Source: an uncultured Ruficoccus sp.
GTDB taxonomy: Bacteria; Verrucomicrobiota; Verrucomicrobiia; Opitutales; Cerasicoccaceae
DNA length: 64,000 nt
Assembly (NCBI GenBank): GCA_965140785.1
Contig: OZ223514.1
Span: 180,289 to 244,288 of the forward strand
Direction of reading: 5' to 3'
The notes under the pieces are model-generated. The model did no database searches, was not told the DNA's origin, and saw only the letters and a list, made by a program, of their open reading frames with translations. Below, piece after piece: positions 39,296 through 46,603 of this stretch. The translations under genes and the position numbers were made by a program. Position 1 is the stretch's first letter, and the number at the start of each line of letters is the position of its first letter.

Positions 39296-41131
39296 CTAGC
39301 GCACAGGCAAAGCGGTTGAATTTTCGGCAAAATGTTCCTCCACTTTAGAGAGAGAAGGCGTAACAGTCGGCGCAATATTTGCTCTCTCAGACTTGCGCAT
39401 GCGCTTAAAGCATTCGCGAACCCCCTGGTAAGCCTCTTTGGGGCGACGGTACTCGTCCAGCGTGCCCTTATTGTTAAATGTGCGCGGACGTCCGAGCGAA
39501 CGACCGCCACTGTAAGTTCGCATATCTGAGAAGTGCCATAGCGCGATGCCACTGCATCTGGGATTGCCCAACACGAGTTCACACGCTCGCTGCAGATAAC
39601 GGTTCTGATAGGTCTCGGAGAAAAAATCATTGTGAGTATCTCGCCAACCATACAGCGCTTCGGCTCCAATCTCCGAGATCATCACCGGCTTATCTTCAAA
39701 TCCGGCTTGGTCGATGTGTTCAAAGATCTCGCGCAGTTGGGGTTGAATCAAATCCAACGGCTGTGCCGCCTGCTCACAAGCATACCAGCCCGGATAGGTA
39801 TTGATGCTGATGAGATCGACCAAATCGTAATGGAGGTCCGTTAGCGCAAACATGGTGGCGTAGGTTACCAGACGCGTCGGATCCAGTTCTTTTAAAGCCC
39901 TCGTGGCTTCCTCAAAAGCGCGCCGAACATACGGCGCGTCACTGCCCGCTTCATTGAGGAAGCCCCAGATAATGACCGATGGGTGGTTCGAACTGGCGCG
40001 CACCATGTTACGCAGTGACTCAGCGTGATCCGCGTGCCATTTCTCACTGGAGAATGTTTTCTCCCGCTGCCCCCACCCAAGGTTTTCCTCCCATACCAAG
40101 AGCCCGAGCTCGTCACAAAGGTCCAGGAAGCGTTGATCCTGAGGATAATGCGATCCCCGGACGAAATTACACCCCAGGTCCTTCAGCATTTGAATATCCG
40201 CAAGCATTTGCAGGGGCGACGTGGCGGGCCCACCGGAAGGATGCCACTCATGCCGGTTGTAGCCGCGCAATATCAAGCGTTCACCGTTCAGCCAGAGGGC
40301 ACCGTCGCGGGCTTCAACATGGCGAAGCCCAAAGCGTGTTTCGACTAAATCACCATCCGGCAAGGCGACACGCAAGCGGTGCAGGTGCGGCGTTTCCGGA
40401 GACCAAATTCGCGGCGAATCAACACGCAAGTCAATCACCGCGCAATTGCCTGTCAGCTTAACCGCCTGATACGTTCTCACCGGCTCTTCATCAACCTGGA
40501 CGGACAAATCGATTTGGCGTACAGGGCACTCCGCGAGCTGTACCTTTACCCTCAGCAAGCCCTCACGATAGCCTCCTTCGACCAACGTCTGGACATGGTC
40601 GATGAAAGCCCCCCGGGCTGGCAATAGCCGCATCGTCACCGGGCGGATGATTCCTCCATATTGGTAGAAATCGAAATACTCCTCGTGCATAGGCACGCGT
40701 TCGAAGTCGTAACGGTTATCCACCAGCACCAGTAATTCACGATCCTGTGATTCTGACTCGGCAACATCTACTTCAAAAGGTGCATACCCACATGCATGCT
40801 CTTTTACGGCGACACCATCGATGCATAGGCGGCACCACATGGAAACAGCCCCAAAAGTGATGCGCGCGCGCTGGCCCGAAGGTATGTAAAAGCGCCTCCG
40901 ATAGACCGCCAGCCCACGCTGGCCCGCATGATCCGGAAGCGCGTCGAATGCCGATGGAACAAGTGTCTTGCCCCACTCGATGTTATCGCAAGGATCGAAC
41001 GAGTCGGGATCAATATTACCCAAAAACGCAAACTCCCACAGATCGTTCAACGGTATCTCCGGGGTAAAGCGCAAATTCGCAGGTGCGTTTTGCATGTCGA
41101 ATATATGACAGGTTTCGACTTGCTCTTGCAA
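39296..41131 (-). CDS. GH2 beta-glucuronidase/beta-galactosidase-like hydrolase
   Basis: YGGIIRPV, GYNRHE, RGSHYPQ, NHPSVIIWGFLNE, ISEIG and NNKG motifs (NxKG is typical of glucuronidases). Exact start uncertain. Confidence 0.85.
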   Translation of the reverse strand: MQEQVETCHIFDMQNAPANLRFTPEIPLNDLWEFAFLGNIDPDSFDPCDNIEWGKTLVPSAFDALPDHAGQRGLAVYRRRFYIPSGQRARITFGAVSMWCRLCIDGVAVKEHACGYAPFEVDVAESESQDRELLVLVDNRYDFERVPMHEEYFDFYQYGGIIRPVTMRLLPARGAFIDHVQTLVEGGYREGLLRVKVQLAECPVRQIDLSVQVDEEPVRTYQAVKLTGNCAVIDLRVDSPRIWSPETPHLHRLRVALPDGDLVETRFGLRHVEARDGALWLNGERLILRGYNRHEWHPSGGPATSPLQMLADIQMLKDLGCNFVRGSHYPQDQRFLDLCDELGLLVWEENLGWGQREKTFSSEKWHADHAESLRNMVRASSNHPSVIIWGFLNEAGSDAPYVRRAFEEATRALKELDPTRLVTYATMFALTDLHYDLVDLISINTYPGWYACEQAAQPLDLIQPQLREIFEHIDQAGFEDKPVMISEIGAEALYGWRDTHNDFFSETYQNRYLQRACELVLGNPRCSGIALWHFSDMRTYSGGRSLGRPRTFNNKGTLDEYRRPKEAYQGVRECFKRMRKSERANIAPTVTPSLSKVEEHFAENSTALPVR

Positions 41132-41165
41132 ATTTGCTCTTACTGTTCACGATTAGTAACCGGAC

Positions 41166-42212
41166 ATGCCAATTAATCAACGAGAGCTTGCAAAGCGGGC
41201 TGGCGTGAGCCAGACAACAGTCTCGCTCTGCCTCCGCTCCCATCCCTCAATCCCCAAAGGGACGCGGGAGCGGATACTCCGGATAGCACGTGAACTCGGC
41301 TACAAGCAGAATCCGTTGGTAGCCAGCTTGATGAGCGAAATTCGTTCGAATCGCCATGTCTCCTCTCAAAGTTGCATTGCGCTGTTAGTGGATGCCGAAG
41401 ATGAAAAAGAGTGGTTTTGCCATGAGCTGTTTCGGCAGCAGTATGAAGGCATGCGCGCCAGAGCCCTCGCTCTAGGATTTCGCACCGAAGTGTTCTATGC
41501 AGGACAAAAAGGAACGACCCTCCGCGCGATTGACCGTATCCTCCACACGCGCGGCATCCGGGGCCTCATTCTCGCAGGCTCCCGAAGAAGAGCTTACGAT
41601 CTCTCACTTATCCGATGGGCCGATTACGTCTGCGCCACGATATCGTACACCTGGGATCAGCCGGCGGTGGATCGTGCCTCGGCCCACCACCGCCATAATG
41701 TGGATATCGTTTTTCAGAAATTATCGGAACTCGGCTACTGCCGGATTGGTGTTTCATTAAGCCCTCATGCCCGAAAGGCTTCCGACCGAAACTGGCTCAG
41801 CGGCGCCCTACTCTGGAACGAGCTTCAACCCAGTAAAAAGCGTATTCCGTTTTTCGTGGCCGAGCAAACGGAGCATAATACGGAAGCCTTTGGCCGATGG
41901 ATAAAAAAATGGAAGCCAGACGCCATTGTCACACTGGATGGCTGGGAAAAGTTATGGCTACACAAACTCGGCTTGAGCACTCCTGACGATATCGGACTGG
42001 CATGTGTCAACCGCTCCACCGAAAGCCGGGTATCGGGCGTCTACGAAGACCATGATTTAATTGGTGCTGCCTGTATCGATCTTGTCTCCGCCAAATTGCA
42101 ACATAATGATTTCGGGCTGCCAGAGCGCCCCCATCTCCTATTGATCGAAGGACGCTGGGGTGATGGGGAAACTCTTCACCATGAAAAGGGCTGCCTCAGC
42201 CCTACGACCTGA
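41166..42212 (+). CDS. LacI-family transcriptional regulator
   Basis: QRELAKRAGVSQTTVSLCLR HTH and ARELGYKQNP hinge; divergent from the GH2 gene. Confidence 0.88.
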   Translation: MPINQRELAKRAGVSQTTVSLCLRSHPSIPKGTRERILRIARELGYKQNPLVASLMSEIRSNRHVSSQSCIALLVDAEDEKEWFCHELFRQQYEGMRARALALGFRTEVFYAGQKGTTLRAIDRILHTRGIRGLILAGSRRRAYDLSLIRWADYVCATISYTWDQPAVDRASAHHRHNVDIVFQKLSELGYCRIGVSLSPHARKASDRNWLSGALLWNELQPSKKRIPFFVAEQTEHNTEAFGRWIKKWKPDAIVTLDGWEKLWLHKLGLSTPDDIGLACVNRSTESRVSGVYEDHDLIGAACIDLVSAKLQHNDFGLPERPHLLLIEGRWGDGETLHHEKGCLSPTT

Positions 42213-42310
42213 TTCGCTTTCACAGAGGGATGATCGCACCAATCGTACTGGTCAAACATGGTCAATTTACCGAACCTAGCAGGATCGAAAATCCGAGGCC
42301 CATCCACCGC

Positions 42311-42379
42311 CTAGAGGCTCCCAAGCAGCGCAACCGACGCCACGAGAACGCCCAGATCAAGCGCGGTGGGGTACCCAAG
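42311..42379 (+). pseudogene. Possible IS5-family transposase fragment
   Basis: LEAPKQRNRRHENAQIKRGGVPK resembles the PKQRNxREENxxIKxG segment of IS5 transposases, as recalled. Confidence 0.4.
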
Positions 42380-42460
42380 CGCATCGCCCGAAACTGCCTC
42401 GATATGAAGCAAACGTAAACAGCACGGAGCCGTCACGGGATGCCTCCGAGCTGACCCCAC

Positions 42461-42799
42461 TCAGTTGACTCCGGTCTGCGCGTCGAGCAACTGGTGCAGC
42501 TTCTCCGTTCTCCCGGGCAGGAGGTTTAGGTTGCCTTTGAGGGATTCGGTGAAGGCGTTCTGGAGGGACCAGAGGGTGCGGGGGGTGAAGCAGGCGTGGG
42601 TGGGTTGGCGCCACTCGTGGAGGACTTTGGGGATGTGCTGGTTGGAGCAGACACCCTTGTCCACGGCGCGGATGATGAGGTCGTGGGCGGTGGGGTCGCG
42701 GAGCGGAGTGCGTTTGTAGCGCTCGATGCGGCGGTCTTGTTCATCGAAGCGGGAGACGAGGCGTTGGACGGCTTGATGGGCCAGAGCGCCGAGGTCGCG
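42461..42799 (-). pseudogene. 3' half of a DUF932-family gene (diverged duplicate of 46604-46942)
   Basis: 339 bp colinear with 46604-46942; similarity stops about 11 bp before the first 74-bp element. Confidence 0.8.
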
Positions 42800-42810
42800 A
42801 TTAGGCCCGA

Positions 42811-42884
42811 GGGGGCAGGTCAATAATTTAAATGTTGATTGTTGTCTGACTTGTGTGGTTATTCTAAATTATTGACACGACCTC
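42811..42884. repeat. 74-bp miniature inverted-repeat element, copy 1
   Basis: GGGGGCAGGTCAATAATTTAAA...CTAAATTATTGACACGACCTC, followed by TTCGGCT. Confidence 0.85.
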
Positions 42885-42890
42885 TTCGGC

Positions 42891-43043
42891 TCACAGCAAA
42901 ACTCTGTAGTGAAAAACAACTCAAGTATTCTCCGTAAAAAAATAAACAAAATTGGAAGAGCTAATATGCAGAATGAAATAGCAGCCAAGACATCCAGTGT
43001 CATTAAGGCTGTAGATAAAGCTGTAAATGATAGTAATGATTGA
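42891..43043 (+). pseudogene. Cassette 1 leader: apparent 3' gene fragment
   Basis: 50 stop-free codons in AT-rich DNA from the element boundary (SQQNSVVKNN...KAVNDSND*), ending 30 bp before the next ATG. Confidence 0.55.
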
Positions 43044-43073
43044 CCTCAGAAATTCCACTAATGTACCGTAAAT

Positions 43074-43712
43074 ATGGATGCTATTAATCACATCAAACAT
43101 CTCCATGATGGTCGGCTTAGGGAAATATATGAGGGGGATGCGATCTCATTTATTAATAATATTTCAAGTGTTAACGTAAATGGAGAATATGACCTAGATG
43201 ACTATAGGGAATGTGCATTTGGAGAATATTGGAGGAGGAGGATTTTGAGCCGAAAAACACTTGCTTATGATGATATTAGACATATTATTGAATATCGCCA
43301 TTTGTGGGGTTCATTATCCGTGATTGGTGAGTTTGCTAGGCTTGATTTAATAGCCCCATATTTATTAAACGATTTAATAATTAGCAAGGATGAAGACGTT
43401 TGGTCGTATCGGCAAATATCTGCCCGTAAAATCGTTCATACAGTGAAGGCTTTGATAGAAATTGAAAACCACATGGACTGTTTGACGATCATTAGTGCAA
43501 TAGACCGCCTCATCGAACTTAAGAATGTTGTTTGGGCGATTGAGGAGTTGTTGCCGCTATTACCATACAGTTGCTTGTGTTATCTTTATAACCGACTTAC
43601 AAAAGAAAAAATATTAACTCGTTCTCACCGAGGTCATTTGAATTCTCTTATAAAAAAGGTACTGCAGGAGAAAACCCAGAAGGAGTCAAATCCAGGAGGG
43701 CCATGTCAATAA
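43074..43712 (+). CDS. Cassette 1 ORF, AT-rich hypothetical protein (212 aa; candidate immunity protein)
   Basis: Long ORF in AT-rich DNA between elements 1 and 2; its TAA is supplied by element 2 (CCA TGT CAA TAA). Confidence 0.7.
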   Translation: MDAINHIKHLHDGRLREIYEGDAISFINNISSVNVNGEYDLDDYRECAFGEYWRRRILSRKTLAYDDIRHIIEYRHLWGSLSVIGEFARLDLIAPYLLNDLIISKDEDVWSYRQISARKIVHTVKALIEIENHMDCLTIISAIDRLIELKNVVWAIEELLPLLPYSCLCYLYNRLTKEKILTRSHRGHLNSLIKKVLQEKTQKESNPGGPCQ

Positions 43713-43770
43713 TGTAAATGATGGTTGTTGTCTGACTTGTGTAGTTATTCTGAATTATTGACATGACCCC
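43697..43770. repeat. 74-bp miniature inverted-repeat element, copy 2
   Basis: AGGGCCATGTCAATAATGTAAA...TGAATTATTGACATGACCCC; core TTGTTGTCTGACTTGTGT shared with copy 1. Confidence 0.85.
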
Positions 43771-43814
43771 TTCGCTTGACCCCTTCGCTTTCAATTGACC
43801 CCTTCGCTTTCAAT
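43764..43814 (+). repeat. Junction tandem repeat: 13 nt + 2 x 19 nt
   Basis: TGACCCCTTCGCT / TGACCCCTTCGCTTTCAAT / TGACCCCTTCGCTTTCAAT. Confidence 0.9.
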
Positions 43815-43976
43815 GGGCCAAGGGTAAATATGGGGGGGGCTCCCTACTTTAAATTTAAGTGGTCAGAAGTACGTTTTGAAAACTATATTACTGAGGAGAT
43901 TCCTCGTTCATCGATAAGGCTGCCTTCAGGATTTGATATGTGGAGAGCGATATTTGGTCAGCGAAAAATTAAATAG
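43815..43976 (+). pseudogene. Cassette 2 leader: apparent 3' gene fragment
   Basis: Frame open from the repeat (GPRVNMGGAPYFKFKW...MWRAIFGQRKIK*), ending 24 bp before the next ATG. An internal ATG means it could instead be a small ORF. Confidence 0.5.
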
Positions 43977-44000
43977 GTGTAAGCTTTAAATTAGTGTAAT

Positions 44001-44333
44001 ATGACAGTTGTTGTTTGGGCTTTACTTTCGTTATTCACGGTCAAGATCATTTGGAATCTTTGCGTGCCCTATATACTTTTAATGCGGTTCCGAAAGGAGC
44101 CTGACAAAGAAACTGGTTGGATTTCCATGAAAATTGTGGTCGAAATTTTTCTTTTGCTGCTGGCTGTGGGTATGTCGGCGCTGAGCACTGGCCAGGCCTT
44201 GGTAAATAAACCGCTAACTGTAGCAAAATGGGGTATTATTGCTATTATATTTACCTATTTACATTTATTTATTGTTTGCGGTATTGGGGGATGGATAATT
44301 AAAGTGTTTTATTCACAAGATAAGAAGGGATAG
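44001..44333 (+). CDS. Cassette 2 ORF, small three-TM membrane protein (candidate immunity protein)
   Basis: 110 aa, three hydrophobic helices, AT-rich; stop lies 2 bp before the junction duplication. Confidence 0.7.
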   Translation: MTVVVWALLSLFTVKIIWNLCVPYILLMRFRKEPDKETGWISMKIVVEIFLLLLAVGMSALSTGQALVNKPLTVAKWGIIAIIFTYLHLFIVCGIGGWIIKVFYSQDKKG

Positions 44334-44335
44334 AG

Positions 44336-44373
44336 GAAGCGCTCGAAGGGGTCAGAAGCGCTCGAAGGGGTCA
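44336..44373 (+). repeat. Junction tandem repeat: 2 x 19 nt
   Basis: GAAGCGCTCGAAGGGGTCA repeated perfectly at 44336-44354 and 44355-44373. Confidence 0.9.
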
Positions 44374-45367
44374 TGTCAATAATTTAAATATTGATTAGCC
44401 CCTGTGTTTGTGCTGAGGTGTGCGTATGGCAAGGGCTGTTCGCTTTCAGTTTCCGGGTGCGATTTACCATGTGCTCAATCGTGGGAACTACCGTAAGGAT
44501 TTGTTTACGGCGGGTGAGAGCGGGGCATGGTTTGTGCGGGCGCTGCAGGAGGCCAGTGAGCAGTGTGGCTGGCGTGTCCATGCCTACGTGGTGATGAGTA
44601 ACCACTATCACCTGGTGGTGGAGACGCCGGAGCCGAACCTGGTCGATGGGATGCATTGGCTGCAAACGACGTTTGCGAGCCGCTTCAATCGCTCGATGGG
44701 CGAGCGCGGGCATGTGTTTCAAGGCTGCTACAAGGCGCTGCTGGTGGCACCGGGTCCTCACTTTACGGGGGTGGTCAATTATGTGCATCTCAACCCCGTA
44801 CGCGCGGGCCTATGCACGCTGGAGGATTTGAGGAGCTATGGCTTGGGCAGCTATGGCCACTTTTTTCGCAAACATCGTCCCGACTGGCTGGTGCGCGCGG
44901 AATTCCTCGGCCAACTGCACCTGCCCGACAGCCTGAAAGGGATGAACACTTACGCAAAAATGCTAGCATTGGCCGATGAGCAAGACCCCGAAAAACGGGC
45001 GTCGCTGAGTCGCGAATATTGCCGGGGCTGGCTGATCGGTGACAAGGCCTACCGCGAGCAAGTCCTGGAGCGCATGAACAAGCATGAGTTGCGGGGGAGC
45101 CACTGCGGTGACGATGTCCGCAACCTCAACGAGTTTCGTTGGGAACAGGCGCTGGCAGAACAACTCAAGCAGCACGAAAAATCGTCAGAAGACATTGCCC
45201 GCGCCCCCAAGGCCGCCGATTGGAAAATCGCAATCGCCCGGCACATGCGCACCCACACCCGCGCCACCAATCCCTGGCTGGCAAAAAAGCTCTCCATGGG
45301 CCACCCCTCACGCGTCAGCAACTTGATATACAATCGCGACATTTAAATTATTGACATGACCCCTTCG
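44363..45367 (+). mobile_element. RAYT-like HUH transposase element bounded by perfect 27-bp inverted repeats
   Basis: CGAAGGGGTCATGTCAATAATTTAAAT (44363-44389) and its exact reverse complement (45341-45367). Confidence 0.85.
44426..45346 (+). CDS. REP-associated-type tyrosine transposase (Y1/HUH, IS200-like fold) with C-terminal HTH-like extension
   Basis: MARAVRFQFPGAIYHVLNRG, HUH motif MSNHYHL, HVFQGCYKA and catalytic YVHLNPVRAG; GAGGTG RBS; the stop codon lies inside the right inverted repeat. Confidence 0.9.
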   Translation: MARAVRFQFPGAIYHVLNRGNYRKDLFTAGESGAWFVRALQEASEQCGWRVHAYVVMSNHYHLVVETPEPNLVDGMHWLQTTFASRFNRSMGERGHVFQGCYKALLVAPGPHFTGVVNYVHLNPVRAGLCTLEDLRSYGLGSYGHFFRKHRPDWLVRAEFLGQLHLPDSLKGMNTYAKMLALADEQDPEKRASLSREYCRGWLIGDKAYREQVLERMNKHELRGSHCGDDVRNLNEFRWEQALAEQLKQHEKSSEDIARAPKAADWKIAIARHMRTHTRATNPWLAKKLSMGHPSRVSNLIYNRDI

Positions 45368-45418
45368 GCTGATTCGAACTAATTCAAGAATAGATATAGA
45401 TATAACCTAATAATAATA

Positions 45419-45685
45419 ATGGATTATTTAATCGCTATAAATAGGATATTTTTTTCTTTGACGGTTGTGTATTGGTATAATGTTATTATTGATTTTATTG
45501 ATTTTTTCGTAAAATACAATATTGGCCATTGTATATTGCTTGCTGATAATTCGTCTGTATTTTGGCATTCTTACTTTTGGTTGTGCTTTGGGAGTAATTG
45601 TATATTATCGACATTTATTTTTTTAAAATTAAAAAAACACTACTTTATTTTTATTTTTTTATGCGTACCGTATAGTTGGCGATAG
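45419..45685 (+). CDS. Cassette 3 ORF, very AT-rich hydrophobic protein (88 aa; possibly degraded)
   Basis: ORF between the transposase right end and a degenerate left end at 45709; preceded by a short open frame (LIRTNSRIDIDIT*). Confidence 0.5.
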   Translation: MDYLIAINRIFFSLTVVYWYNVIIDFIDFFVKYNIGHCILLADNSSVFWHSYFWLCFGSNCILSTFIFLKLKKHYFIFIFLCVPYSWR

Positions 45686-45708
45686 TTGCGACGCCAGGGG
45701 CAGAAGAT

Positions 45709-45845
45709 GGGGTCGAGACAATAGCTTAAATGTTAGTTGTTTCTGTGTTTGAGTGCTGTTGAGGAGATTTCCTCCTTCATGTTCTCCCAGCTAAAAAGAA
45801 GCCGTCCATGAGAGACCGGCTTCTTTTTAATCATCCCCACCGGGT
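45709..45845. repeat. Degenerate left half-element plus terminator hairpin, a diverged copy of 46431-46557
   Basis: GGGGTCGAGACAATAGCTTAAATGTTAGTTGTTTCTGTGTTT vs GGGGTCATGTCAATAATTTAAGTGTTGGTTGTTTCTATGTTT; hairpin at 45793-45828 matches 46508-46542. Confidence 0.75.
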
Positions 45846-45859
45846 GCGACGAACCTGAA

Positions 45860-45933
45860 GGGGTCGGGTCAATAATTTAAATGTTGATTACTGTTTGACT
45901 TGTGTAGTTGTTCTAAATTATTGACATGACCCC
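45860..45933. repeat. 74-bp miniature inverted-repeat element, copy 3
   Basis: GGGGTCGGGTCAATAATTTAAA...CTAAATTATTGACATGACCCC, followed by TTCGGCT. Confidence 0.88.
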
Positions 45934-45941
45934 TTCGGCTT

Positions 45942-46025
45942 TGCACAATTAACGTACATTATGTGATGAATACTAAAACTAGCCAAGTTGATGATCTTAA
46001 AATCTTTTTAGCAGGAGTGCGATAG
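45942..46025 (+). pseudogene. Cassette 4 leader: C-terminal fragment resembling a polymorphic-toxin tip
   Basis: CTINVHYVMNTKTSQVDDLKIFLAGVR*; its TAG ends 1 nt before the next ATG. Confidence 0.6.
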
Positions 46026-46026
46026 T

Positions 46027-46410
46027 ATGAAAGTTGAAGTAATTGAAAATAACTTTAGCGGCTGTCCTCCAGAATTGAAAACGTCTGGGTTTACGGCTGA
46101 AACTTTAGTTGATTTAAGCATCGGTGAGGAGCTTAATGTGTATGGTATGTCAGTGTTTTATGGCGTAGTTTTCGTTCTAATTAAAGATCATAGTGGCATC
46201 TATTCTTGGATGCCGAATTGGCTTTTTAAAGTGTTGGATGGTCGGTTCCCTAAGGATTGGGTATCAAACTTCTTTCATGATAACCCAAGTTGTATCATTG
46301 GGCCGGAGATAATTGCCTCTGACCTTGAAAGATATAGTCGATTTATTGAGCAAGACCCTGACCTTGTTACGAAGATGAACCTGTGGGTTGACTCAATGGA
46401 GTCGGGGTAA
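46027..46410 (+). CDS. Cassette 4 ORF (127 aa), candidate immunity protein
   Basis: AGGAG RBS; LSIGEELNVYG...WMPNWLFKVLDGRFPKDW pattern recalled from small proteins encoded behind Rhs-type toxins. Confidence 0.7.
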   Translation: MKVEVIENNFSGCPPELKTSGFTAETLVDLSIGEELNVYGMSVFYGVVFVLIKDHSGIYSWMPNWLFKVLDGRFPKDWVSNFFHDNPSCIIGPEIIASDLERYSRFIEQDPDLVTKMNLWVDSMESG

Positions 46411-46430
46411 CCCCATTGGGGGTCACTAAA

Positions 46431-46472
46431 GGGGTCATGTCAATAATTTAAGTGTTGGTTGTTTCTATGTTT
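46431..46472. repeat. Left half-element closing the array
   Basis: GGGGTCATGTCAATAATTTAAG, preceded by an extra GGGGTCA at 46419-46425. Confidence 0.8.
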
Positions 46473-46507
46473 CGCTAAATTTGCATCAGCCACGACCTTG
46501 CAGCTAT

Positions 46508-46542
46508 AAAGAAGCCGGCCATGAGAGGCCGGCTTCTTTTTT
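46508..46542 (+). terminator. Intrinsic terminator, probably bidirectional, between the array and the convergent DUF932 gene
   Basis: 13-bp stem AAAGAAGCCGGCC/GGCCGGCTTCTTT, 6-nt loop, T-tract. Confidence 0.75.
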
Positions 46543-46603
46543 ATCATCCCCCCCGGTTAAGACCGAGGAGCGGAGTTGCGAGAGTCCTCCGGGCTGAGCC
46601 TTC

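Noticed and set aside
43764..44373. Short direct repeats as a CRISPR array
   Set aside because: Units are 13-19 nt, directly abutting, have no spacers, and no cas genes are in the window.
44363..45367. GGGGTC ends as Tn3-family inverted repeats, with GCT as a target duplication
   Set aside because: The enclosed enzyme is HUH/Y1, not DDE; the repeats are 27 bp, not about 38 bp; there is no 5-bp duplication. GCT also follows other right ends (TTCGGCT), so it is part of the motif.
42811..45933. 74-bp elements as classical integron attC sites
   Set aside because: No RYYYAAC...GTTRRRY core boxes at the ends and no IntI tyrosine recombinase in the window.
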